From Botryllus schlosseri (lineage: Eukaryota), in NCBI GenBank assembly GCA_051294905.1, contig CM119372.1, positions 15,254,001 to 15,318,000 on the forward strand: a DNA stretch of 64,000 nucleotides, in the 5' to 3' direction. A program made the position numbers and the translations under genes. The first letter of the stretch is position 1. Every line of letters begins with the position of its first letter. Positions 13,017 to 23,833 of the stretch are shown one piece after another. The notes under the pieces were generated by a model. It had not been told where the DNA came from. It ran no database searches and was given only the letters and a program-made list of their open reading frames with translations.

Positions 13017-16000
13017 TCATACGTCAACAAAGTAATCGGCCCACCATCTGGGCGGGACCCTATCACGAGAAGCGCGTTCAGTATCTTGTCCGTCTTCCGA
13101 TACTCTTTGAACACCCTCAACAGGTGGTTCAGGGTTGTTGTGCTCTCTCTCCTGCCCCACTTCCTCCTGGTTGAAGACCAGGTCTCTTCGACTGACAGCA
13201 TCAGGCGGTTCAGGATTGTCATAATCCCTGACCTCCCCCACCTCATCCCCGTCAAACACCAGTTCCAACATTCTTGAAGGTACCTTACTACTGCCAGCAA
13301 TTTTCCGTCGCTCCCCCACCATGTGCCTAACATCAGCAACATGCCTGTTTCTGCCGTCCACTTCCACCACAGCATCCGCAACTATCCCTGTCACAGTTCC
13401 CTCCCTCCACGGCGTGAAACACTTCGCGTTTCCAGGTTTCACAAAAACCTCCTCTCCCACCACATATGGGTTTGCATCGGTTGATCTATTCATTTCGTTC
13501 ACGGGAGATCCTGGCAACCTTACCGGATAACGGAGGACAGCTTCCGCCGGGACAATTCCTTCTGCGTTCGGAGTGTGATTGTACCAGAACGTCATTTCCT
13601 CCACACTTCTTCCAGACCGAGCAGCCATTCTCCTAATCGTTCTATGGTTTCGTTCAATGATCCCATTTCCAGAGTGTTTATAGCCACAGCTCGTCATATG
13701 CGTAACTCCCCAATCTTTGAGAAACTGAACTGTCTTTTGACATGTGAAACCAGCGCCTTGATCTGTCAGGATCTGAGATGGCGGTCCCCTCTCCAAGAAG
13801 ACCATCTGAAGGTTCCGGATAATCTGTTCGGCTGATTCATTCGCCACCTTTCTCCAGATTGTGAATCGACTCGGCCCGCAGTCGATCATACTCAAGTATG
13901 GCTGGTTACCAACGTAAGTTATATCCAATGCCAAGCGCTCCCACACGTTCTCCACTGACAGCTGGCCATGTTCCCATCTAACAGGGCTGGGGTCGATTTG
14001 TTGGCATATTCTACAATTTCCGACCACGTTTTTCACCAATTCCTGACTCACATCATCCGCGATACATCTCTGTGCGAGGAAAAGTGTTCTCGCGATTCCT
14101 AGGTGATGCTTCTCATGAATCTCGCGCACTTGATTCCTTAATGCGTTTGTTACCCCAACCGCCAGACCCACCCGTTTCAGCCAGGTCTTCGGGACCCTTG
14201 TCAAGGAATCAGCAATATTCTCACCTGAAGGAACCAAACGAATCGTCAACTTTAGAGCATACTCCTCAATGAGCTGCGAGATTATTCCCAACCGTCTCTT
14301 CGTGACCATCTCGCTTATCCCACCCACTTTTGGTCTGTGACTGTCTTCCAGTATAGACCTTACCCAATTGTACACACTGGTCGAGTCCGTAACCACTTCA
14401 ATGTTCTTTATATTCCACTTCAGCACCATGTTTAATCCTTTCACTACTGCATCCAACTCCGCAACATTGATGTGCCCACTGTCACTCTGCTTACGCATCC
14501 ACGCCGCGTCTTCTACAACGGCACCATCTACTCTCAGGCAACACCCCACAGCCAGATTGCTTGCATCACACCACACTTGCGCCCGACCACTAGGAGGCAC
14601 ACGCCAAATCCCACCGACTGGATCTTCTTTCCGCACCTTAGCCATCACATCTTCGGCCAAAGTCTTCACTTGCTCTGGAACAACTGCATCCCATTCAACG
14701 TCGTTGGCAAGTCTTTTGACATAACTACATGCCACTCTTAACCATCCCGCCACAGGATAATGTCCTATTAACTTCCCAAACAGCGAAAACAGTGCTCTCT
14801 TTGTCAGGGATCCCGCCACCACAGGAAGTTCTCCATCTCTCTTCCATTTCCGCATTCCGCCTTCTTCTGCCATGACTCTAAGGCCTAGTACGCGAGCATC
14901 ACATATCGACACTGGCTCTTTTGTCTGCAAACCGTACTTGGCCAGGTGATTCTTCACCTTTCCAACATCGACAACACTCGCATCGACCCATATGTCATCG
15001 ATATAGTGATCTGTTCCTTGAGCCACTTCCTCATCCAGACCTAGAACCGTGCCGATAATCTTTGACATAATTTTTGGAGCTACGTTCAGCCCAAATCCCA
15101 TTCGCGTCATGACGTATCTTTTGCCTTTGTACTCAACAACCTGAAACCGCTGCAGTCGCTCTGACACATGAATCTGCAAATACGCTTTTCTCAGATCAAG
15201 GACATATGCATTTTCACCGGTCGTTCGCCAAGACCTTAGCTTTTCTTGACATACCGCAGTGTTCAGACCGGGGTGACTCGTGACATAAGTGTTGAGTTCT
15301 CGGTAGTCCATCACCGGCCGCACTTTACGTTGCTTATTCGGTTGCTTCACGGCCATGAGCGGGATTAATCCGTCTTGATGCCCATGCTTTGCAGGACAAT
15401 ACTCTTGCAGCCACCCATCTTTGATCCACTGATCAACTTCGCCAGTAAAGGCCTCACGACACTCTGATGGAACTGGGTACATTGCACAGCGGTTTCTTAT
15501 CTCCGGCTCTTCTTCGTTCTCCCACACCCATTCCACAGTCCACTTCTCACCATCGAACACAGCTTTGAAATCGCAGTCAACTACTTCCACTGGCTGAATA
15601 CTCGAGGCAACCTTCGTTGCAACACATGCTTTAATCGCACGAAGTCCAAACTTCGCGTTTAGGTCAGCATAAACCTCAACACCACCAAGTACTTTCACAA
15701 TATCATCCCCCAGCACTATCTTTGAATTGTACACCAGATCCGACGCCACTAAGAACTCGATTTCTACAGCAATACCATCAATCTTCACCTTTGCCCGCAC
15801 CCACCCTGGGCAAGTAGTAAGTGTCCCATTTAACATTTCCACAACTATATAAGGTCCTTTTGGTGTCAGACCCAGTTGTTTACATAAGTCCTCATGAATA
15901 ACTGACCGCTCACAACCAGTGTCCACCAGCCCATTTGTCACCATGCCACAAATCTCCACTGGCACAAATGGTAGCACCTTTCGTCCTCCTAATGCGATGC

Positions 16001-16043
16001 GGAGGGGGCGTCCGGTGCCAACGTCCCTCCCTGGCCTTTTCCC
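13017..16043 (-). CDS. pol: Gypsy Pol (protease, RT, RNase H, integrase), probably expressed by a -1 frameshift
   Basis: LVDTG, DLRKAY, YIDD, CDAS, integrase HHCC and D-D-E (ALDIT, TDQG, IERN); the frame is open back to the slippery site G GGA AAA at 16043-16037. Confidence 0.92.
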   Translation of the reverse strand, partial: GKRPGRDVGTGRPLRIALGGRKVLPFVPVEICGMVTNGLVDTGCERSVIHEDLCKQLGLTPKGPYIVVEMLNGTLTTCPGWVRAKVKIDGIAVEIEFLVASDLVYNSKIVLGDDIVKVLGGVEVYADLNAKFGLRAIKACVATKVASSIQPVEVVDCDFKAVFDGEKWTVEWVWENEEEPEIRNRCAMYPVPSECREAFTGEVDQWIKDGWLQEYCPAKHGHQDGLIPLMAVKQPNKQRKVRPVMDYRELNTYVTSHPGLNTAVCQEKLRSWRTTGENAYVLDLRKAYLQIHVSERLQRFQVVEYKGKRYVMTRMGFGLNVAPKIMSKIIGTVLGLDEEVAQGTDHYIDDIWVDASVVDVGKVKNHLAKYGLQTKEPVSICDARVLGLRVMAEEGGMRKWKRDGELPVVAGSLTKRALFSLFGKLIGHYPVAGWLRVACSYVKRLANDVEWDAVVPEQVKTLAEDVMAKVRKEDPVGGIWRVPPSGRAQVWCDASNLAVGCCLRVDGAVVEDAAWMRKQSDSGHINVAELDAVVKGLNMVLKWNIKNIEVVTDSTSVYNWVRSILEDSHRPKVGGISEMVTKRRLGIISQLIEEYALKLTIRLVPSGENIADSLTRVPKTWLKRVGLAVGVTNALRNQVREIHEKHHLGIARTLFLAQRCIADDVSQELVKNVVGNCRICQQIDPSPVRWEHGQLSVENVWERLALDITYVGNQPYLSMIDCGPSRFTIWRKVANESAEQIIRNLQMVFLERGPPSQILTDQGAGFTCQKTVQFLKDWGVTHMTSCGYKHSGNGIIERNHRTIRRMAARSGRSVEEMTFWYNHTPNAEGIVPAEAVLRYPVRLPGSPVNEMNRSTDANPYVVGEEVFVKPGNAKCFTPWREGTVTGIVADAVVEVDGRNRHVADVRHMVGERRKIAGSSKVPSRMLELVFDGDEVGEVRDYDNPEPPDAVSRRDLVFNQEEVGQEREHNNPEPPVEGVQRVSEDGQDTERASRDRVPPRWWADYFVDV

Positions 16044-16756
16044 GCAGCCGGATTCCCTTTACATTGTCTGGCGATGTGCCCCCATTGTCCACAAGCAAAG
16101 CACTTCCTTGGAGCATTGTCATAGTATCTTCGTGCACCAGTAGAATTTCTACTTTGGCAGTCTCTGGCGATGTGACCCTCTTCCTTACATATGTAGCATG
16201 GGCCGTATACTCTACGCGGAGCCCCAGCAGCACAAAACACACTTTCACCATCTTTTGTGGGCAATAGTACACGTGCCCGAGATGCAATTCGGTCCAACTC
16301 TAATTGCTCTACCTCAGCCATAGACTTAAGCTGTGTCTTGGCATCCGCAGGCAAACCAGCAATGAATGCACACTTAATTATTGGATTAGCTATATCCCCG
16401 TCCAGACCCATCAACATTGCCAACCTCTTCAGATCAGACAGGAACACATCAACCGATTCCCCGACTTGAAGTACACGGTTACGGAATTGTTCATATGCCA
16501 CATAGCAATCCACTCCAAAAGCTGCCAATAACCCCTTTTTAGTCAATTTATAATCCTTCTTCGTCTCCTCAGGCAATTGTTTATACACTGCAAATGCCGG
16601 CCCGTCGAGCAATAAAGGTAGGGTGTTCACGAGAGACGCAGTCGAATTTTGCAGTTTGGCAACCAATTCCAATTTCTCCGTCCATTCTGCAAAGTCGCCT
16701 GACGTTCCATAGTCCACGTAATTCTTGACGATATCCGTTAACTTGACACTTGTCAT
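15989..16756 (-). CDS. gag: Gypsy Gag with two CCHC zinc knuckles
   Basis: ATG 16 nt after the LTR; CYICKEEGHIARDC and CFACGQWGHIARQC. Confidence 0.9.
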   Translation of the reverse strand: MTSVKLTDIVKNYVDYGTSGDFAEWTEKLELVAKLQNSTASLVNTLPLLLDGPAFAVYKQLPEETKKDYKLTKKGLLAAFGVDCYVAYEQFRNRVLQVGESVDVFLSDLKRLAMLMGLDGDIANPIIKCAFIAGLPADAKTQLKSMAEVEQLELDRIASRARVLLPTKDGESVFCAAGAPRRVYGPCYICKEEGHIARDCQSRNSTGARRYYDNAPRKCFACGQWGHIARQCKGNPAAGKGQGGTLAPDAPSASH

Positions 16757-16772
16757 CTTGGCCGCGATAGCT

Positions 16773-16939
16773 TGTACTCGAAGATGTATATATTCAAATA
16801 AGTAATAAAACACGTCAACTGAAACAGCAACACACAGACTCCCCCACGTCCACTACACGCTTCCACTTCTTACTACCCCACGACTCCGAGCCGCCACCAA
16901 GCGTCTCTTTGTTCGATGGTTTGCATGAAGCACATCACA
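16773..16939 (-). repeat. Gypsy 5' LTR
   Basis: Identical to 12742-12908. Confidence 0.95.
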
Positions 16940-19900
16940 CTAGTCTTGACCAATTAACAAACGACGGGAAACAATTCTTATTGATGGGTGACATGAACAT
17001 AGACCTTCTTCGATCATCCCCTACTGTACATGATTACTTAGATATGATTACCAACTATGCCTGTATTCCCATGATAACTAAACCTACTAGAGTGACCAGA
17101 ACATCGTCTACTTTATTGGATCATATGTATACTAACATCGTCGATCTTCGTTTAACGCCTTCTATAATTAATTCAGACCTGACTGATCATTACCCTATAT
17201 TTTGTCTCTTGGAAACCACAACCCGATTTATCAATAGCCGCTACAAGCGTAGGGATTTTGGTAGTATGGACTACGACAGTTTTACGGATGATATCGAGGA
17301 AATATCTGCCAATCTGTACCGAACAGAAATTGATGAAAAAAACTATGATTTAGTTTTTGATAAATTTATGCACGATATATGTGATGTTGTAGATAAACAT
17401 GCCCCATTGCGAATTCAATCAAAACGCGAACGCAGACTCTCTGCAAAGCCATGGCTGTCCAAGGGCATCTTGACATCTATCCGTAATAGGAATAAGCTGC
17501 ATAAGTATTTATTACTCAATTTTTCTGCTAGCAACCACTCTCATTACAAGTCCTATGCAAATCTACTTTCCAAAGTCAAAATAAAAGCCAAGGAACTTTA
17601 TTACAAAAAGCAATTTGCACAACATAGAAAAAATCGCCTGGAAAATGATTGGTGAAATAATAAATCGTGGCACAAATACTTGTATACCAAACAAAATCAT
17701 AGATTCGGAAACTGGTCTAACCAAAACTGATCAACGTGAAATATGTGAAGCGTTCAACCATTTCTTTTCATCAATTGGTTGCAAACTAGCCAACCAAACT
17801 GCTCCATCACAGCGAACTTATGGCCTTTCACCAGAATCTTCCATCTTCATGAAACCTATCACAAGTGCTGAGGTCATAACTGTTCTTGCATCACTAGAAA
17901 ACAAAAAGTCTCAAGGTTATGATATGCTACCAAATTATATTGTTAAATTAATTGGCACTCAACTTAGTGATAGTTTGGTTACTCTCTATAACCACTCATT
18001 AAATCTAGGAATCTTCCCAAACTATCTCAAAATAGCTAGAGTCATTCCCATATTCAAAAATGGTGACAGAGACATTATCTCAAACTACCGGCCAATATCT
18101 ATCCTGTCGCCCTTTGCAATTATCTTTGAAAAACTATTATTTCAAAGACTAAATGATTTCTTATGCCACAAAAAATTGTTAAATCAATGCCAATTCGGAT
18201 TTCGACAGAATCATACTACCTCTCAAGCTGTTATTCATATGACCTCGAAACTATATGATATACTATGTGCGAAGCAAACTGGATGTGGAGTATTTCTCGA
18301 CCTGAAAAAGGCATTTGACACCGTTGATCATACTATCTTAATAAAAAAACTTGAGTATTACGGTGTTCGTGGAATTGCAAAAAAACTTTTCAGTTCCTAC
18401 CTGAGAAATCGATCCCAATTTGTTGAAATCAATTCAATCAAGTCATTGGAACTACCAGTAACTACAGGTGTTCCACAAGGCTCTGTGTTGGGGCCACTAT
18501 TATTCATCATATTTATAAATGATATTGTCTACTCCTCCCCAGGAAATATCACACTCTTTGCAGATGATACTAGTATTGTCACATCTGGATTTGACTATGC
18601 ATCTGCCATTGACAATACTAACTCTGAACTAGCCTCCGTTAGCAATTGGGTGTCTTCGAATAAATTACATATCAATCCCCTCAAAACCAAAATTCTAGTA
18701 TTTGACTCTAAAGGATCTCTCAACAATGCGATCGCAGAATTCAAACTAAAGGACTCTTTGATTAAAACCAGTCAATCTGTCAAGTATCTAGGTATTATTA
18801 TCGATGATAATCTAGTATGGGACCATCACATCAACTACATAGCAAGCAAAATATCTCGTGGCATTGGTGCACTCTATCGCCTGAAGAAGCTGGTTCCAAT
18901 ATCACTTCTCCTACCTGTTTATCATGCGCTCGTCCACTGCCGTCTTACATATGGAATAACAGTGTGGGGCTGCTCTTACAAGAAGCATATCAACAAGCTC
19001 CAGGTATTACAAAACAAAGCCATTAGGATTATATCTAATATACCTGCACGTAGCAGGGTAGGTCCTGAATTTAGAAAATTGGGCATTCTCAAGGTCTCGG
19101 ATTTGTATGAATTTGAAATTGTAAAAATCATGAAACAATATAATGAAAGAACATTACCTGAATATTTCGACAACTTTTTTCAATGCCCCAATTCAATTCA
19201 CCATTATAACACAAGGTTCTCACAGAATCAGTCCCTATTTGTTAAATTGAATTCATCAAGACTGTCAAGAAATTCCCTATCTTATATAGGTGTGAAATTT
19301 TGGAACAATGTACCAACTTTGTACCGTACTCTTCCGTATCATACATTTAAAGCTCGCTATTGCAAATTTATATTATCCAAGTACTAAGAAGAACATATCT
19401 CATGACCACAGTAATGTTGTTTGTTGTTTTGATTCATTTAATATGCTACAATAATATTACCACTGTGTACATGGGTCAAATTGTTATTTTCTGATCACAC
19501 TGTTAACTATGGTAACCGTCCTTCACTAGTGTTGCTGTCTTTTATTTACTTTTGTTTATTTCGTTACTCTTTGCGGTGCTACTTGACTGAGAGAAGAAAT
19601 TGATCCATATTATAATTAATACTGCCAATATGCTTGGGTGACTCCGGCCTAGAAGACTTCGGTCATATCGGGTCTCCCAGTCTATACCGTGCAAATTATA
19701 GTGAGGAAATTTTTTTTTAAATGTATACTATTGGACGTGAATGTTTGTGGACATTGCCTTTACTATATTTCATGGTTGACGAATAAAAGAACTCTCTCTC
19801 TCTCTCTCTCACACCAGCATCAAACAGGTACACTTGACTCTGAACAGTCTGGCTGTAAAGAAATGTTTAGTTAAAGGAAAAAAAAAAAAAATTAAAACAA

Positions 19901-19951
19901 TGGTGGCAAATGATCAATGAAGCAATGTCTGGGCGAGGTAGGCCAACAGTG

Positions 19952-22880
19952 TTAGTGTAACGACAAGAGGTGATCAAGTAGGGCTTTTTTGAATCTATTA
20001 TAAGGCAATTCACGGATATGTGGTGGTAATGCATTCCAGATGATAGGTCCCGAGTAGTCGATAGATCTCTTAGTTAGGTTGCTATTGGGTGGGGGTAAGT
20101 AGATGTTTCCTTTAGACGAGGATCTCGTGTGCTGGGAATGGACATGTTTAGCAGGTATGAAAAAGTCATCGAACACAGTAGGCAGACTATTGGAAAATAT
20201 TTGTTAACAACTTTTGATACTTCGAAGCGATATAGTTCATCAACTCGCAAAATTCGATGCTTACGGTAGTAAGGCGATAAATTGGTACGTAAAGGTACAG
20301 ATGAGATCAGCCGTATCGCACGGTTTTGCAGGGTTCGAATTCTGCACAAAAATGTTGTGCATGCATTTCCCCATACTACGATTTCATATTGCAGATGAGA
20401 GTGGAAAAGGGAGAAGTAGATGGTTCGTAGCACTGATCTGGAAACCAAAGATTGAAGACGGGTCATTATTCCCACACACCGAGCTAGTTTTGATATTGTG
20501 CATTCAATATGCTGCTTCCAAGACAATTTGGAATCAATGGTGACGCCGAGATATTTTGCTGAGTCACATATTGAGATTTGTTTATGATTGACATTCACAG
20601 TGAAATTATGACTGGCATTATTTAAAACGAGCATCTCGGTCTTATCTGCATTCAAACTTAGTTTGTTTGCTTGGAGCCATCTCGACACTTTTGGGAGTTC
20701 CATATTCACAGATGCATGCAAACCATCGACAGTGTTGGAGGTTATGAAGAGGTGAGTATCATCAGCAAATAGCGTTGTGCGGAATAAAGATGCATTAACA
20801 ATGTCGTTAATATAAATGAGGAAAAAAGTCGGCCCAAGGACTGAGCCTTGTGGCACTCCACAAGTTATATCTCTGGTAGTCGTTCTTAATGACCCCAGTT
20901 CAACAAATTGTTTGCGGTTTGTCAGGTAGCTTTCAAGTAGAGTTGCTGCAATACCCCTGATTCCATAGTGTTCTAGCTTGTATCTTAAGATTCTGTGGTT
21001 AACTGTGTCGAAAGCTTTGCGGAGATCGATAAAAATGCTGCAGCCACTTTCTTTTTGCTTGATGGTTTTGTAAAAGTCCGTTACAATTGATAGTATTGCA
21101 TGGTTGGTGTTGTGGTTGGATCTGAATCCATGCTGAGTCGGAGACAGTACTGCATTCAATTCAAAAAAGTTCTTTAGTCGGCAGTCAATCAGTTTCTCAA
21201 AAACCGTGGCAAGATTTGGCAAAACAGATATTGGTCGGTAGTTAGAAATTAGCTTTTTACAGCCTTTCTTAAACACTGGCATTACTCTTGCAGTTTTCAG
21301 TGCATCTGGGAAAATGCCTAGACGTATCGACTCATTAAAGAAAATGCATATAACATCACCAATAATATTAAAGACTAGCTTCAGAAAGTGAGTTGGGATG
21401 AGATCGGGTCCTACTGCTTTGTTACTTTTCATTTCAGATAATACGATCGCAACTTCTCCTTTACTTGTCGGCTTAAGAAAAATGGATTTCTGAGGGCCAG
21501 GACTCAAGTACGAGAGAAAGTCATCGGAGGAGTCTGGTATTGAAGCTGCAAGATCCGGACCAATGTTGCAAAAATACTGATTAAACTTTTCTGCTACTGC
21601 AAGCTGGTCTTTGATGATGATGCCATTCTCGAGTAGCTCGATGTCATCAGCACTCTTGGGAGCATTACCTTTAGTTAGGTTGATAATTTCTCCAATGGTT
21701 TTCCATGTGTTCTTGGGATCTTTGGAGCACTCTTCAAATCTTTTTTGGAAGTATGCTTTTTTGGCATCTTCTTTCATATGCGTCACTTGGTTTGCATATT
21801 TTTTGTACACTTTTTTGCCTTCGACGGTGCCTTGCAGATAGTAGTGCTTATGCATCCAATCCCTTGTTTTGATCGCAACTAGTATGTCATGACCAATCCA
21901 GGGTTTCGATTTCAAGCGCCTTGCATTGCGGTTGACTTTCCTAATTGAGAAAGATGTGTCGAGGGCTGCCCGCAGTTCCTCAATAAATTTTTCAAAATGG
22001 CGGTTGTAGTTGTCAATTGTGAGTGGAGGAATTTTGTACTTGTTGAAGGTATTGCTGACAATTTCAATATACCCCTCAATACCGCGTGGGTTTAAGGGCG
22101 TTCGAGATTCAAATTCTTTAGCACAATGTCGCAGGGCCAATTTCATGTGGCAGATGATGGGATAGTGATCAGTCATACTGTGTTGGAGCACAAAAGGGGA
22201 CAGGTGATATTGATGAGTGTTGCAGTAAAAGTGATCTAGTAGAGTTTTGGATTGATCAGCTATTCTTGTGGGTTCAGTGATTATCTGAGCTATTCCATAA
22301 GAATCAAGCATTTCACGGTACCTTGTGTTAAAGTTGGTGGTCTTCAGCAAATCAGTATTTATGTCTCCCATAATAAATATTTGTTCGTGAGCTGCCGTTA
22401 GCTTTTCCCGAATATTTGAGAATTCGTCAAGAAAAGTCTCTTGCTTTGTTCCTGGGTGTTTGTAGATGACTGCCACTGTGAGAGCTTTTTGTACGTGTAC
22501 TCTGACAAATATATATTCTACGCCTTCGGTTTCAAATTTTACGTCGGGCATCATGTCATATCTCAGACCTTCGTTGATGTATAGTCCAACACCTCCAGCG
22601 TTCGTTTTAGATGGCGACTGTAAAAAGTTGAAACCTGTCAGGTTAACATTAGTCGTTGGATGTTCTTTCAACTTGGTCTCAGAGATTCCGATGATGGTTG
22701 GTGAGCAATTGAACATTTTAAACAGGGGGGGGGGGGGGGGGAATTTCATCTAGATGAGCTTGGAGGGATCTTGTGTTTAAGTGTGCAAGTAAAATTCCTT
22801 GAGATGATGGGATATCACTACTATTCGTTGAATTGATAGATCTGCAGTTGCTCACGTTGAAAAAGTTTTGAGTCATTTTT
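19952..22880 (-). pseudogene. ORF2 of the minus-strand LINE (APE plus RT), frameshifted at the G-run near 22730 and near 20180
   Basis: GISETK, MGDIN, TDHYPI, NYRPIS, DLRKAFDTV, GVPQGSVLGP and FADD motifs in the 891-aa ORF. Confidence 0.9.
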
Positions 22881-22988
22881 TAGTGTGGGTTGCGTTTGCA
22901 GTGTGAGAGCAGTATAGCAGTTTCTATTTGAGTTTATCAAGGTCATCCTTTGACTCAATGTGGATTCTGGGTGCGCCATCATTCTTTT

Positions 22989-23756
22989 TCATGTAGATAT
23001 TTCCATTTGCAGTCCGGAGGTATTTGAAGCTTTTTTTTGTTTCGCAGCTCGCGCTTCAAAGAAAACATCTCTTCTGTAATTTGTTAGATTTTCGTTTAGG
23101 AAGAGTTGTTTCATTCCATCTACACCAAAGTCCTTGATATCCCTTTTGGCCTTTTTCACTTTGAGCAATTCTTTTTTTGGTTTCTCTGAAGAGAATTTGT
23201 CTATAACCGGTCCTGTTTTGTCCAAGTTATTTTTGAAGCGCACTCTATAACACTGCACAATCTGTGGCGCAGTAATCTCAGCTTTCAAGGCGTTAGCTAT
23301 TTTCATGATAGTTTCAGGCAGATTTTCTTTTTCGGAGTGGGGAACACCATGAAATTCCAGGTTGTTGTTTCGAGATTGCTGCTCCAGGTTGTCGTTGGTG
23401 CGTTCTAGGTCAGAGATTTTTTTGTTCAGGAATCTCATAGTTGACTCAATTTTTTCGTGTTCCTTGAGCATGGATTCTTGTGAGGCGATTTCTAGATTTT
23501 TTTTGGTGTCCTCAAATTCTGCATTCATGAATTCCATGCCAGTCTTGCAAGATTCTATCTCTTTTCGCAGTTCTTCTACGGCAGAACCAGATTTTTTGAT
23601 ATCTTCAGCTGTAGTCTGCAGTTCTGAGATGATGTTGCGCAGTTCCTTGTTTTCTTCCTTTAACACTTTGACTTCAGCGAGCGTATCTTCCAGTTTTCTG
23701 TCCATCTTTTTCAGTCTCAGCAAGATGACATCTTCGTTTGTTCCGGGCTTTGTCAT
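22989..23756 (-). CDS. ORF1 of the minus-strand LINE (coiled coil plus RNA-binding domain), frameshifted near the C-terminus
   Basis: LEQQSRNNNLEFHGVP and FLNENLT motifs; homologous to ORF 11211-12083. Confidence 0.8.
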   Translation of the reverse strand: MTKPGTNEDVILLRLKKMDRKLEDTLAEVKVLKEENKELRNIISELQTTAEDIKKSGSAVEELRKEIESCKTGMEFMNAEFEDTKKNLEIASQESMLKEHEKIESTMRFLNKKISDLERTNDNLEQQSRNNNLEFHGVPHSEKENLPETIMKIANALKAEITAPQIVQCYRVRFKNNLDKTGPVIDKFSSEKPKKELLKVKKAKRDIKDFGVDGMKQLFLNENLTNYRRDVFFEARAAKQKKASNTSGLQMEIST

Positions 23757-23809
23757 TTTGTTTCTTGGATGGGTATATAGCCTAGATTATAGCCTAGATT
23801 ACTTTAAAT

Positions 23810-23833
23810 CTTAATACAACCAAATACTCCAAT
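23810..23833 (-). other. Genomic copy of the 24-nt spliced leader at the LINE 5' end
   Basis: Reverse complement reads ATTGGAGTATTTGGTTGTATTAAG, identical to 43176-43199; matches my recollection of the Halocynthia/Botryllus SL. Confidence 0.8.

Larger units (their letters stand above)
12742..16939 (-). mobile_element. Compact, apparently intact Ty3/Gypsy LTR retrotransposon (4198 bp)
   Basis: Two identical 167-bp TG...CA LTRs; 5-bp TSD CTAGT (12737-12741 and 16940-16944); G-rich PPT at 12909-12918; gag followed by PR-RT-RH-IN. Confidence 0.95.
12274..19387 (+). pseudogene. ORF2 of the plus-strand LINE (APE plus RT), split by Gypsy, with one frameshift near 17630
   Basis: HVNIRS and GISETK; the frame rejoins as NLSSS|LDQL once Gypsy and one TSD are removed; MGDMN, TDHYPI, DLKKAFDTV, GVPQGS, FADD and HHYNTR motifs. 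Confidence 0.9.
11134..19810 (+). mobile_element. CR1/L2-group LINE headed by a 5'-truncated spliced leader, with a (TC)n tail and a Gypsy insertion
   Basis: ATTTGGTTGTATTAAG at 11134-11149, ORF1, ORF2, AATAAA and (TC)n at ~19790-19810; short TSD-like TCACA at 11130-11134 and 19809-19813. Confidence 0.88.
10985..23833 (-). mobile_element. Full-length CR1/L2-group (Crack/Daphne-like) LINE headed by a complete spliced leader; its 3'UTR is split by another LINE
   Basis: SL at 23810-23833, ORF1, APE-RT ORF2, 3'UTR at 19811-19951 plus 10985-11133 with AATAAA and a (TC)n tail on the minus strand; TSD (AT)CAACA on both sides. Confidence 0.87.

Noticed and set aside
564..23814. Many 60-200-aa antisense or alternate-frame ORFs
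   Set aside because: They are shadows of the retroelement ORFs with no independent motifs
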